This document shows, in pieces, positions 10,712 to 24,057 of a stretch of DNA of 64,000 nt. A model generated the notes under the pieces. The model was given only the letters and a program-made list of their open reading frames with translations, did no database searches and was not told the origin of the DNA. Made by a program: the position numbers and the translations under genes. This DNA comes from Lytechinus pictus (Eukaryota), in assembly GCF_037042905.1 (NCBI RefSeq), contig NC_087251.1:38256001-38320000 (forward strand). The letters are read 5' to 3'. The first letter of the stretch is position 1, and every line of letters begins with the position of its first letter.

Positions 10712-11680
10712 AAAATGCATATATATTTATTGACTGTTTTTTATTTTTTTTGTTCCATCTTGTAGAGCTCCATGAGGTTCACCAAAATTGTACACAAAAT
10801 TTTGAAATTTTGTCTAGAAAATTATTCATGCTAATTTATGCAAAATTTATTCATAAATCACAAAAAATGTTTTTTCTCCTTCATTTGTTGATCAATTTCA
10901 ATTTTGTTTGCTTTATATGATAGCTCTAGGTGGTGATACTAAATTTCAATTTGGTAGAGCTTTATGAGGTTCTCCAAATTTCTACACAGAATTTTGAAAT
11001 ATTGACCAGAACAATGTTTATGCTAATTTATGCGAAATTAATTTATGCATATTTGTAAAAATTCAAATAAAATGCTTCTTCTTCTTTATTTTTTGACCGA
11101 TTTTGATTTTTTTTCTTCCATCTTGTAGAGCTCCATGAGGTTCACCAAAAGAGTACACAAAATTTTGAAATTTTGTCTAGAAAATTATTCATGCTAATTT
11201 ATGCAAAATTTATTCATAAATCACAAAAAATGTTTTTTCTCCTTCATTTGTTGATCAATTTCAATTTTGTTTGCTTTATATGATAGCTCTAGGTGGTGAT
11301 ACTAAATTTCAACACAGAATTTTGAAACTCATTAAATATGCTAATTTATTCATATATTTTCAAAACTCACAAAAAATACTTATATAATTATTGACTGTTT
11401 TTTATTTTTTTTGTTCCATCTGAGAGCTACATGAGGTTCACCAAGGTTCTACACAGAGTTTAGACATTTTGACTGGAATATCATTTATGCTTAATTTATA
11501 TGAAATTTATTCATAGATCACAAAAAATGCTTCTATGTCATTTCTTCCTCAATTTCAATTCTATATCCTCAATTTATGTCACCAATGTAATTCACTACAG
11601 TGTCAACTGGGCTGAAATTAAAATTGTGTTAAATTTCGTTGCGAGATGCCGGATGAGCTCCACATCATTGATGTGCTAGT

Positions 11681-12118
11681 ATATACACCCGTCTCGACGG
11701 GACGTACTATGGTATCACGCTCGGTGTCCGTCCGTCTGTCTGTCTGTCCGTCCGTTAACTTTTCCTTGTAAACGCGATAACTTCAGTTTAACTTAACCTA
11801 GGCTCATATAATTTGGTGTGTATCATACTAGCATGGATCCCAGGAAGCCTATTCATTTTGAGGTCAAAGGTCACAGTGACATGTTTTCACCTTATCCTGC
11901 TGCAGTCCTTGTAAACGTGATAACTTAAGTTTAACTTAACTTAGGCTCATATAATGTGGTGTATATGATACTAGCATGGATCCCAGGAAGCCTATTGATT
12001 TTGAGGCCAGAAGGACAAAGGTGAAGTCGCCACCTTCTAGTTTTATTGCTTGACCAATAACTCAATTTTCCGTGTTACAGACGGAAGATTATGTGCTCGC
12101 CTTAGCAACACTCTTGTT
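11681..12118 (+). mobile_element. Second HINE/pearl-like element abutting the first
   Basis: 5' hairpin CCCGTC-TC-GACGGG, (CCGT/CTGT)n tract, two approximately 140-bp internal repeats (the first with GAGGTCAAAGGTCA), imperfect 3' hairpin ending CTTGTT. Confidence 0.75.
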
Positions 12119-13832
12119 AATATTATTTCTTATACTCAATATTATAAACTTCAAATGAATTGTAGAGAATACCTTGGGTATAAGATGGTATTACATGTTT
12201 GTGCAATATTTTATTGTGAATATTGATGTTGCATTTCTATTTTCTGTGCAATTATGGCTTTTAAATGTGAAATGAAAATAGTAAATGTGAAAGGAAACTT
12301 AACTTATACAGTAAAAAAGAGAAACATAATCATCCTCTTTTGAACATGTAATTTAACAGAAGTTGGAAATAAAAGGAAATCTAATTTATCGCCATTGGTG
12401 AATTTTATCCTTTGATTTTACCCTTCAAATTTGTTCTTCTTCGATTGCTTTAACAATGTATTAATCATCTTAATTTAAGACACTTAATGGTGCTGAATAT
12501 GATTTTTATCCCTTTTTTTATTAATCATTCTCCATTCGGATAATCATTATGTATATTTTGTCACTTAATGGATATTTTATGGAACCTCAGTACAATTCAT
12601 TGCTTTGCATGTCCTTAACCCCACATGAAATTGGAAATGAAGATTGCATTTGCATTTCAAAAATAAGTTCAGAAATGAATGGAGTAAATTATATAATTGT
12701 GGTTAATACAGTGACAAAGGGATTGGGGCACGATTAAAGAGAAAGAAAGGGACATTCTCATGACTAACACACAAAACAAAACACTGCATGTACTGTTGCT
12801 CAAGATGTTGTAAATTTGTATTTTTGTATGATATATTGGTAACATTGTGTTACATTCATTTAAGAAATGCTTATTTTTATATAAACTTGAATGAGTATAA
12901 ATTTCAACTTGCGAATATTTGTATGTATAGAAATGGTAACACACATGGCGCATTTGGCCGACGTGTTAACTCGACAGGACCTGTCGATTCGTCATACAGG
13001 TACTTGTTTGGTCTCCAGAGGGATTCAAGCTCTGACTTTACCATTATGGTATGATATTTAGCCTTAAGTTATGATATTTTGAGGACAAAGCCACCTACCT
13101 GAACGGCACATTATAGCTCAAACACTGGCGCCATAACGCTCTCCTCAGACAAAGCTCTATGGAGCAAACCATTTTTAACACACATTAGCTTGCCTTTCCG
13201 CAGCTTTCTTTGGTCAGAATGTTCGGCTTAACTGAGCACAAACGAGGGAAATGAAAGAGGCACCAAATTCCGCGGGCAATAAGAGGGACCTTGTTGCCAG
13301 TCAAGAGGGATCCCAATGCAAATGCAATGGTCGCCTTGGATTAATTTAAGCCCTGGATTTCGTGGGCTACTGACGGATATCATCGCCGCTACAATTGTGA
13401 AGTTTGACACTTCTAAAAGCTTTCCAAAGGTCATAGCCAGTAAACTTTTCAAGTAAACTCTGAATTTATGGGGTTTTTTTTTTCAATATATTTTCAGCCA
13501 TAGAAAACACCTTTTGGGGTCACTCTAGATGATTATCAGACTTTTAAAATCATCTTTGAGTGGTATCCTTGAACTGTAGGGAGGCTACATTGATTTCAAT
13601 TGGATAATATGGGGTAGTCAGGGGTGGGCAAAACAAAGTGGTGCAGATATCGCACGGCCACTGCATGTTCTCTACGCAGCCTCTGTACAAAATCTAGATG
13701 AATTATGTACTTACCTGCGCTTTAGGGGGGGAAATATTATTTTTTATTTTTATGCGCTTCTTTTGAAAACCTACTGCCTGAATCTGCTACATTTGATAAG
13801 CTTCAATATTGCAGTGAATTAGGGATTTACCT

Positions 13833-14102
13833 GGGCCCCGTCTTACAAAGAATTACGATTGATCCGATCAATCGTAACTATGGACGGCCAGCAACGTCAA
13901 CATCTATTATGCATATTTATTCAAAATATATTCTAGCTATGATGTATATTCATGCATTCATTTTTTTCTTGAAAATTCACGGCGCTTCTCTTTGCATACA
14001 GAGGCCATTGTGCAAGTTTTTTGTGGAAAAAATAATGACACTGATGGATTTCCATAGAGTTACGATTGATTGGATCAATCGTAACTTTGTAAGACGGGGC
14101 CC
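13833..14102. mobile_element. 270-bp MITE family A, copy 1
   Basis: TIR GGGCCCCGTCTTACAAAG; internal palindromes TTACGATTGAT...ATCAATCGTAA; homologous copies at 21839 and 53427. Confidence 0.88.
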
Positions 14103-15230
14103 AGGTCTCTTGAGCATTTTGGGCATTTCTCTGATGAGCATAGATATATGTGTTATTTTTATGTAAGTTTTAAACCATAGCCTTCTTAGATGCTTCCCAA
14201 CTCGTATAAAATATAAAAGAGAGACTTATTGTACAGCATTTGCAATCAAACTTAACCTATTAAAGCATAAGTGCATGGAGTAATATATTGTTTATACTTG
14301 TTGGTAAACATTTGAATGAGTGAACAGTCTATTCATGATAGTATTGATATATGGGAATGGCTCTGTCCAGGGATCAAGGAAATGTAGTGAATTTTCCATC
14401 ACTCATGCTTGTAAGATTTTTTTCATTATTCTTTTTCCATAATATTTACCTCTTCAATTTGAGATTGATGATTTATACATTTTTGCAGAAATTTTTAGAC
14501 AACTCTTTGACAGTGACAGTTGATAATGATATGCATATACATGAAGTGTAAAGAAAGACATTCAAATTTTCCTCATCAGAACTCGGAAATATTCTTTTCA
14601 AATATTTGTATAAAAATGAGTATGATATGATGTGCATAAAATAGAGGGTAATATAGTATGTCATATACATTATATATTCAGGTACCTTGAAATTTGAATT
14701 TTCAAGTATTTATTCTCTGGTTGCCTCCAGCCCCCCCCCCTTCTTTCTCTCTTTCTTTATCCAACTTTCCCTTTTTGTTCCTTTCTCCCTCTCCAACGCC
14801 CTTCTATCTGTCTGTACCTCCCTCTTCCCCTTTTATCTCTCTTTCTCTCTCCTGATTTGCCTTTTTTAACTTTCCCTCTTCCTCTCTCTGTCTCTTTGTT
14901 TTTCTCCCTTCCAAACAAATAGTCCTCTTCATATCTATTGTAATCGAGGTTGAAAGAATCTGTATGTCTTTAATGATGCTAATGTCATGTGTGTGAAATG
15001 TATATCAGTAAATTCAATGAAGTGTCTTGATGATTAACAAACATTTGTCTCCATTTTCTTTTTAATTTCATGTGAAGTTCATAAAGAATTTTCAAGGAGA
15101 CTATGAGACACAGCTTGTTTGCAGCTATGGGGAGAAGTGGCAGTACATATAGTGGGCAAGAAGACAGAACAAATTGCAAAAGATGAATGACTTACATGTG
15201 TATGCAAATTACAGTTAGTACAAGAGAGCA

Positions 15231-15406
15231 GTTAGGTGTTTCATAAAGCTTTCCATAAGTTACGAATGACTCTATGCACGACTGGTGATCATTTTCTTTC
15301 TGCTAAATGGTATATCCCTATGTAACTGACTTAGTACCTAAGAACATAGTCCAGTCATGCGTTAAGTCCTGCATAACTTATCGAACAGCTTTATTAAACA
15401 TCTAAC
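15231..15406. mobile_element. 170-bp MITE family B, copy 1
   Basis: TIR GGTGTTTCATAAAGCT; colinear with 16135-16306. Confidence 0.78.
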
Positions 15407-15719
15407 ACGTTTGAACAAAAAGATCTTAAAGGAGAGAAAGAATGTAGGAGATAGAGAATGAATGAAGCACAGACAGATGTAAATGAATTCAAAAGGAGGA
15501 AAGGAAGAAAGTAAAAAAAAAAGTACTTCATTTCGAGATTTGAGCTTCATGACATCATACTTTGCTGAATAAATGTGACTCGAATACAACTATTGGGTTC
15601 AAGAAATAGATTGCATATTATGATGTTCCTTTATTTAAATGCAATATTACATGTACTCAGTATGGTCTTGTACAAAATGCTGGTGCCACATGTCACCAAG
15701 CACATGGGTATATATATAT

Positions 15720-16385
15720 TTACTTGGTCTAAAAGTACTTGGTCTTCTTCCCAGATAGTCTGATACCACATGGGCTAATCCCATTTGGTCCACTTTCAAT
15801 TTGATCTAATTGCTCTATGGTCTACAATACCCATGTGGTCTACATGTAATTCTCATTTAGTCTAATGCCATTTGGTCTAATTTTCCACTTCGTCTAAATT
15901 ATCATTGTTTACTCTTTACAAATGAAAAAATATTATATTTCACTTTGTGAAATGAAAATATGGTTCATAAATACAGTTCATCTAACCTTGTAGACGAAGT
16001 GATATTAGACCAAGTGGATTTTACACAAAGTGGGTCTATTCTAACTAGATATTAGATAAAAAGTGGTAGGTGGGCTAAATTAGGCCAGTTAATAGACCAA
16101 ATGGTTAGTAGACTAACTAATTGTAGACGTACCAGGGGCCCGTTTCATAAAGCTGTTCGTAAGATACGAATGACTTTACGCACGACTGGTGATCCTTTCT
16201 TGTTCTAAATGATATCCCTATGTAACTGATTTAGTGCCTAAGAACAGGTTCCAGTCGTGCGTAAAGTTGTGCGTGACTTTAGGAACAGCTTTATGAAACA
16301 CCACCCTGTATTAGACCATGTGGGATGAGACCAAATGTAAAGTAGACAAAGCAGATATAAATGTAGACCAACTGGCAACTTACAG
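15720..16385. repeat. Decayed foldback element with reiterated TTGGTCTAA (left) and TTAGACCAA (right) motifs
   Basis: Many short motif copies in opposite orientation either side of an AT-rich spacer; boundaries approximate. Confidence 0.6.
16135..16306. mobile_element. MITE family B, copy 2, inserted in a foldback repeat
   Basis: TIR GTTTCATAAAGCTGTTC / GAACAGCTTTATGAAAC; interrupts the TTAGACCA arm of the element at 15720-16385. Confidence 0.8.
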
Positions 16386-18751
16386 TCACCAAAGCACATA
16401 TTACCTGAATACATTTCTTTCAAATACAAATCACAATATTATCGATTATATAAAATTTCAAAGTATAAACATCATTTGAGAAGTATAAAACATTCAACCA
16501 ACGACACCTTCATCAAAAAAAGTAAATGTAACATAAATTAACATATATTATGTTTTTATCAGAATATACACCACGACAGTAGAAGTTTATATAAATTTGA
16601 GGTAAAGTTTAGGTGGATAATCATTGTTCTGGTTTAAGGAAAAATTTACAAAACACGATAAAAAGTCCATCTGGCAAATATGCATATACTCAAAGCTGGG
16701 ACTAATTATGGGCTTATCTACGAGATGACAATAGCATATTTTAGTAATATGATGAACTGAATAATGAAAAATAATGAGAAGAGACTTAAATCTAATTCCA
16801 GCATCACAGTGAACCTTAAGATACAATGTCTACAAAATATTTTCAAAAATATAATTTTCAATCAAAGGCTCAAGCTACCAAATTATTTTAGTGCAATAGA
16901 CATTGGCATTTTAGAGCATACATGAGCCGAATACATCATGTTAGGCAATGATATAGATATGCAACACCAATCCATAACTTGCAAAATCATTTGAAGATTT
17001 ATAGAGTTGTCTTGTTCAGATAAATACTCCTTGTGATATTTCCAATCATGTATAGATTATAGTATAGACACAATATAAATGGCATTTCATCTTATTTCAA
17101 ATTAGAAAATGATTGACGAAATTGTTTTGGACAATAATTATGAGGAGAACCATCAAGTAACAAATCAATTTCAAAACAAACTGCAGCATATTTTTAGAAA
17201 TATGTAATGTCTCTTTTCTTATCTTGCAGCATAGTAGTAAGCATTGTAGGGTCGTGAGTTTAAGCCAAGTTTTTCCAATTTTAAGATGAAAGGAATAATT
17301 TCAAGACAACTTTATACAGATTGTTGTGTCTTATGCATTTTTTTTTGGGGGGAGGGTTGGTTATTGCAAATTAAAATGCCTTTTTCAAGAACTTGAATTT
17401 GTATCATGAGACACGCTTGAATTGGACATCACTCAACGATTATATATTTTCATGATTTACTTTAACAAACTTGAATATATAGCCCGTAAAATGCCTGCAT
17501 GATCATAATTACCATAAAGAATATTTCAATCATCTATTCGGTTTATTCCTGTATATTTCTCATCTTGAATGTACATGAATTTCCATTATATTTCACTTCT
17601 TTCGAAACATTCAGGACTTCTCACCACCAGTGCCACTCCCAAATTCTTTCCATTTCATTGATGCCTGACTCCTAATAGTACTGTTAATATCACCACATAG
17701 TCCTTGTATATCGAGGTAGCAACCCGTCCAGTTACAAGATGAAATCTCACTAATATTCTTTCTTCATACTATATACATTAAGTAGCAGTTCCATTTCTTT
17801 CTGTCATGCAAATGTAATATTAATCATATTTACAGTGGCGCATATCTAAAAATTTAATCATTTTTGCCTGTCAAAATGAATAATGCAAGACTTTATACAC
17901 GTTCGGTGGGAGACAGAATTGACCACCATCGTGATCCATTAAAAGATAAAACTCCAAGTAAAATTGCAAATCATCCATCAATCTTGGAGTTAACTTCTTG
18001 GCATAAGCTTCTATATACAAAGATATATACACACATATACATGTATACTCTGAATATGCAACAATGCAGCAAAAAAATGAAAAGAGAAGAAATAATTCAA
18101 TACATAGAGTATTATACACTTTATGAATATATTAGTTTTCTTAAGGCACTTGTGAACTGAATTATATTACTCATATTAAGGCAAAAAAGTATTCTTAAAC
18201 ATTCTCATAACTTTGTTATCGATTGTAATGACTTCTCAGAGATACTATAATTGATGCGGATTCTACTTAAACAGGACTTAGTGACTTGAAGTTATGTTTC
18301 ATTTTGTTAGAGGTATTTAAATGTGCAAATCAATTCATAATTCATAACCTGACGTTGTATCACCTGAATCTCTACCTCTTGAATTTCCATTATGGTTTTT
18401 TGAATACATCTACATTGACTGATGAAATTGATTAGTTTGATGAATAGTATATCAACAAATTTTCGTCCGAGTTAGTGTTTAATAAATAAATAAATAGTAA
18501 ATGCAATGAACATGCAGCAACATTTTTCTATCAGCAAATTTCTACCTTTCAAGTAAAACTGCCAGACTCATCCCAAAGGACTCACCATATTTTATGTGAA
18601 AGTCTGACACTATTTTTCTTTAAACAGTTACATGAGGTAAATCTTAGGATGCAGCATTGTTGAAAAAAAAATCATGTCTTTCTTGAGATTCGAAGAAATT
18701 ATTTTTTTAATCAAGTATAAAAAAAGATGAAGACTGCGGCATGGATGCTGT

Positions 18752-18869
18752 TCAGTAGATACCGAGGGTTGTCATGGTAACTGCTGTAGCGATGCCTCCA
18801 GCAAACATGGCTGGAATAGCGATGAAAGATAAGATTGAGAGTGAACCGATACCGGAGAGACCATGACCA
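18752..18869 (-). CDS. YeeE/YedE transporter exon 8 (last coding exon)
   Basis: ttttcag|T acceptor. Encodes (S)GHGLSGIGSLSILSFIAIPAMFAGGIATAVTMTTLGIY then TGA at 18754-18752, completing the family signature GxRLAGGCTSGHG. The eight exons sum to 1446 nt = 481 aa plus stop. Confidence 0.93.
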
Positions 18870-19474
18870 CTGAAAAATGAAAAAGAAATAGATAAACAGA
18901 GTTAGATAAAGATCTTTTTTATTGTCTCCCTTATCCTTTCTTCCCTTTTCCTCTGTTTTCCTGTTTTATTTTTATATTTCACTACTTGAAAAAAAAGTCA
19001 TACAGGGATTATTACCCTGTACTACTCAGTATCCCTGAATGAATGAAATTACATCGTAGGGCATTAAAATTGATAAATCAATCCTTACCTGCATTGATCA
19101 TGATCTTAAATGAACTGAATTATAGTTAAAGTCACTTAGATTGATAAAACAATCTTTACTTACTGTATCTTATATTTACTTATATTGATCATGATCTTTA
19201 ATGAATGAAACTAAGGTACAAGTTGTTCAGAGTGAGAATACATAACCTTTACTCTTTACTTATATTTAGCATGATCTTAAAGGGATGAAATTATAGGCCC
19301 GTGTGAGTCTGAAGATTGATCAAACAATCTTTGCTGATATTCATCATCTTAAATGAATGAATTTACAGTTGACTAATGTAGATTTATAAAAAATACCTTT
19401 AAACCCTACTTGTACTCATCATCTTTAAGTTACAATACGAGTCATTTTGATTGAGAAAACAATCTTCACCATAC

Positions 19475-19626
19475 CTCGTACATCCTCCCGCCAATCTGGA
19501 GCCATAGATCATGACCACACCGCCCAGCAGTGCATGCAGGGGAGGAACTCCCACCGTTGAAGACCATGTACCAGAGGAAAGAGCCGAGGCTGCCGCACCA
19601 CCAATCGCTGATGTGATGTACAGGAC
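19475..19626 (-). CDS. YeeE/YedE transporter exon 7
   Basis: actag|GTC acceptor, AG|gtatgg donor. Encodes VLYITSAIGGAAASALSSGTWSSTVGVPPLHALLGGVVMIYGSRLAGGCT(S). Confidence 0.93.
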
Positions 19627-19970
19627 CTAGTGTTCAGAAATAAAATGTATTCATTTAAAATCAGAAAAAAATCACTTTACAATCACAAACTCCACGTTTT
19701 TATCAAATGATTGCTTGTATGTGAACTATATTTAATTTGGAGGTCATTTCTCTTTTTTCTTTAATGCATAAGACAAATCAAATTACAAACACAAATTGGA
19801 TGTGTTTATTAAAGGATTGCTTGGTCAAATTATATTTCATTTGTAGGTCATTTTGTTTTAATCTGTATCATGTATGTTTATAATTTTGAGTGTATTTACT
19901 GATACAAACAAGGCCAAATGATTCATTTCAAATAGTGGTGGTCCACTGTTTGAAATTAAAAATAAGCATA

Positions 19971-20250
19971 CACTGTTAGAAAATTTATCCTTAAAATAAA
20001 AGAAGTTCCTGCAGCAGAGTCTCAAGAACACCTGTAATCTTACCAGATTGCGTAATCTTACAGGAAATTGGTATTTGGTGTATGGAATCTTACAAATTTC
20101 CTTAAATAAAACATCCTTTTCCCCTTTTTAAACAGACCGGTTCTATTAAATTTGAGAAAAATTCCTATTTTTTGAATTTACAGAATGATTCTGTTATTGC
20201 TTTCTGCGAAATCTTCTTTTTTCTGTAAAATCAGGCTTTTTTTAATAGTG
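19971..20250. mobile_element. TA-flanked CACTG...AGTG MITE
   Basis: ta|CACTGTTAGAAAA...TTTTTAATAGTG|ta; a partial copy of the right half lies at about 39270-39367. Confidence 0.7.
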
Positions 20251-20571
20251 TACATCATAGGTAGATAGTTCTTCACTCAGTATTGGGGATGGCAGTTTTA
20301 TATAATGTTCATATAAAATCATGATATAATAATGATATCCTACGTTATGCACCCAACAAATAGTGAAACTTAATTTGGATACCCTGAGTATATGTGGTGA
20401 TGCAACATCTAGAAGTGACAGAAGCAGAGAAGTCATCAGTTGGAGGTAAATGCTTCTATACTCAGTTTGCTGAATAGCAGACTCATTATATGACATTCGT
20501 ATATAACCATGATATAATATTGACATCACACCATGCACCCCAAAAAATATTAAAACTAGATACAAACTTAC

Positions 20572-20741
20572 CTGCCACCAATTCTTAAGGCCTGTCCTAG
20601 ATGCCTTGAGATAAGGTGAGAACTTCTCAAGGAAGCTCATAGGAATCACCTGAGATACCAAGGTGCAATATCCTCTACTGCCACCTATTGGTTCATCCAC
20701 AGCCAGGACGATGGGCAGCTGGAGACACCCGACCAGCATGC
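20572..20741 (-). CDS. YeeE/YedE transporter exon 6
   Basis: ttctag|GC acceptor, CAG|gtaagt donor. Encodes GMLVGCLQLPIVLAVDEPIGGSRGYCTLVSQVIPMSFLEKFSPYLKASRTGLKNWWQ. Confidence 0.92.
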
Positions 20742-21838
20742 CTAGAACAATAGAGGGAAAAGATGGTGTACTGTGGGATTACATGTTTCTGGAAGAAACC
20801 ACATTTTGATGATCGAAAACACAGACAGCATTTGTGTTTACCCATAAGATGAAAAACAAAAATGGTTTTGAATTATGTTATATGTAAGGAAAATAAAGAG
20901 TATTAAAGTTAATGTCAATAAATGGACAATGCAAACATCAAATTTCTCTTTTGAAAGTGCATAAAATATACAAGGTAGCTATAGTCACGTACGATACCAG
21001 TACTTGTCACTAATAAAACGTTATGATTTTTTATTTGTTCTCTCTCTCCCGAATATACAATGGAATAAATCAAGAAATATTGATACAAACACCTGACTTA
21101 GTTCCAGACAGGATTACTTTTGTACATTCTGTACCCCTTTGGGATTACCAAAATTAGATGATTTGACCAAATTGTGTCTAGTGGCAACAGACCACACAGT
21201 AGTCAAAGATCCTATTATGTTGGATACACTGAAACAATAGAAGATGCCTTGGGTTAAACTGCTTGGACACTGTCATGAAATCTAGGTGATATGTGAGACA
21301 CAGTCATCGGGAAGTTGGCCTTATTAAGCGTTTCCTTCGTCCAATTCAATGATTCCGAACGTTGATTGACTGATTAGTCTGTGTCAGGGAAGAGGATGGG
21401 ACATGCTTCCAGCTTTAGATTCAATGGTCACGTTTGCAGATAATTAAGGACAACCATCTCTCGGTCTTTAGGATTGTCACATCATGGCTCATTACATAAT
21501 AAAACTTTAACAGTATCTTTGTCATCCAATAGTTACTTCCATGTCCCCGTCCCTGGGTTTGATTGGCTAGCTATAATAAGAAGCAGTTTTACAATGTAAT
21601 CATATCAAGAATTGCCGTTTATAAACAACTATATAAAAACATTTGGGGAATTTTTCCAGTGTGTCGAATACAGAAGTTGAATTTCCTGACGACCAAAATT
21701 ATTTCTTGATATCAAGGATTGTATTTGTTGATATCAATATATTGATATAAATAATTTAATCAAATTAATTTTAATGAATAGTATTAAAAAGTGAAAGATT
21801 TTTACATACATAAGCATACGATGGCAAACATATGTCAA

Positions 21839-22109
21839 GGGCCTCATCTTACAAAGAGTTACGATTGATCTGATCAACCACAACTATGGAAAGCCACCAA
21901 CGTCAGCACCTGAACTGCATGTTTGTTCAAAATATTGGCTATATATGATGTATATTCATGCATCCATCCTTTTCCTGAAAATTCAGTGTGCTTCTCTTTG
22001 TTTGCAAAGGACGTTTTGCTAATTTTATAGTAAAAAATTATGACATCGTGGGATTTCCATATAGCTGAGAGTGATCAGATCACTCGCAACTCTTCATGAG
22101 ACAGGGTCC
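21839..22109. mobile_element. MITE family A, copy 2 (diverged)
   Basis: Colinear with 13833-14102 over its full length. Confidence 0.8.
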
Positions 22110-22764
22110 AGGTGTGACAGCCCTTAATACTAGAAACTAATATAGGGATGATGACGCGGGGAGGATGGTGAATGGTGTGGTTAGTGTTCACCCTTTTATT
22201 GCAAGTGACAGCCTGAATCTCCACAAGTATCAGAATGAGGTTACCCCGAGCTAACTCGACCAGAATGACTGGTGATGAGTTTAAAGAATGTTGAGAGACT
22301 TTCGTAACAGTTCCCCATTCCCTATGTTTCACCTCCTTTCCTGTCTTCACAAAGTGCTTAATTATGAACCCAAAGAACTAAATAATAAGTTACATTTATA
22401 AAGAGCATAATAATCAATATTTCTTAGGCTTCACATAGAAATTATTATTACCCTGGCCAACGGATCCTGGCCTGCCCACACACAATGTATGCACTTTCTC
22501 CACTCCTTGGGGGACGTTCCAACAAGAACTATAATTTTTCATTCGATTTCCTTCCTTCCTTACTTCTTCTTGCATCCTTTATTCGACTACCTCCCTGATA
22601 ATTGTTTTATTTTTTTAAAGAATATTTCATGAGACCAATCAATGATCAAATATGGTTACACAAAATTGATAAAGCACATCTACTAGTTCACATCTTGTCA
22701 CCTAACTACCCACAAATTACCAAATCTGACACTGACATGTTCCTCCTGAAAAACCCACAGTGTC

Positions 22765-23700
22765 ATTGTAGAGGTGTTCATTGTTTGAAATTGTTTTCAC
22801 ACTGTTAAACTTGAGCATTATAACAATGTGGATGGCATCTGCACATAGTCCACTGTGTGAATGCACTGTGAACACTGTGAACACACTGTAAATGCGCTGT
22901 GAATACATTGAACACAATGTGAATATACTATGAACACACTGAATACACTGTAAATACACCGTGAACACACTGTGAAAACACAAAACACACTGTAAATACA
23001 CTGTGAACACACTGTGAATGCACTGTGAACACACTGAATACACTGTGAACACACTGTAAATGCACTGTGAACACACTGAATACACTGTGAACACACTGTA
23101 AATACAATGTGAACACACTGTGAACGCACTGTGAATACAATGTGAATACACTGTGAATACACTGTGAACACACTGTAAATACACTGTAAACACGCTGTGT
23201 ATACACTGTCAAAATAATGTGAACATAATGTGAACATATTATGTGGCATTGTGTTCTTTCCATCTGGTATCAGTGTGGAATTGTTTTCACAATGTGAAAC
23301 TTTAGTATTTTAACAATGTGGATGACATCTGCACATAGTCCACTGTGTGAATGTACTGTGAACACTGCAAATTCATTCTGAATGCACTGTGCACACTCTG
23401 AATACACTGTGTGCACCGTGAATACGCTGTGAACTTAATGTGAAAACTATATGAACACATTGTGAATACACTGTGTACACACTGTGAACACACTGTGCTC
23501 ACACTGTGAATACACTGTGAATATGCTGTATACTACACCGTGAATACAATGTGAACACACTGTGAATACACTGTGAACACGCTGTGAATACACTGTAAAC
23601 TACACTGTAAATATGCTGTCAACACACTGTGAATACACTGTAAACTTTACTGTGAATACACTGAACATATTGGGTGGCGTTGTGTTCTTTCCATCTGGTA
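22765..23700. repeat. ACACTGTGAA(C/T) minisatellite element, duplicated in tandem
   Basis: 9-11 bp units in two blocks. Each block begins TTGTTTTCAC...GCACATAGTCCACTGTGTGAATG and ends TTGTGTTCTTTCCATCTGGTA (23269, 23700). A decayed relative lies at about 57325-57610. Confidence 0.85.
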
Positions 23701-23866
23701 AGATACACCACCCCTTTTCGTACTTTCTGTGTATACTGTCGCTTAAACTCTGATATAGACTGTCAAAACAATTGTTGATTTCATTTTCTACTTCACTGCA
23801 AAGGCTTCATAATTTGATGAAAATAAATTGGTAAATTTTAGTCATAGAAAGGGAGCGACTACTCAC

Positions 23867-24057
23867 CAGCCAGAACAGGTGGCCATGACCTAAGCGAAAT
23901 AAAATCAATCAATCCGGTCAGTACATCACTCGCGTTAGGGCTTGTAAGCTCGGTCTGCCATGGGGCCATGTACTCGATTAGGACCAGGGCTAGCATGATG
24001 ACCAGGGCTACTGGTAAGGCGAAGATGATGTATGGCACACCAACATGTTCATCTAAC
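23867..24057 (-). CDS. YeeE/YedE transporter exon 5
   Basis: tgcag|G acceptor, G|gtgagt donor. Encodes LDEHVGVPYIIFALPVALVIMLALVLIEYMAPWQTELTSPNASDVLTGLIDFISLRSWPPVLA(G). Confidence 0.92.

Larger units (their letters stand above)
9790..11680 (+). mobile_element. Helentron-associated (HINE/pearl/Tsp-like) element with internal tandem repeats
   Basis: CCGGATGAGCT near both ends (9801, 11649), (CGTC/CTGT)n microsatellite at the 5' end, about nine 140-190 bp subunits marked by CTACACAGAATTTT, and a 3' hairpin CACATC-ATT-GATGTG followed by CTAGT. Confidence 0.75.

Noticed and set aside
16590..18480. Decayed LINE endonuclease/RT fragments (also about 21080-21400)
   Set aside because: Only vague motif echoes with many stops; cannot be supported without a profile search.
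18700..18754. TGA stop of the transporter as a selenocysteine codon (some bacterial YedE genes are linked to selenium use)
   Set aside because: The TGA follows the last helix rather than a Cys motif, both motif cysteines are TGT, and I could not identify a SECIS by eye.
22717..23502. Cys/Val/His-rich ORFs of 66-158 aa, and CRISPR-like periodicity
   Set aside because: These are translations of a 9-11 bp minisatellite; there are no unique spacers and no cas genes, and the context is eukaryotic.
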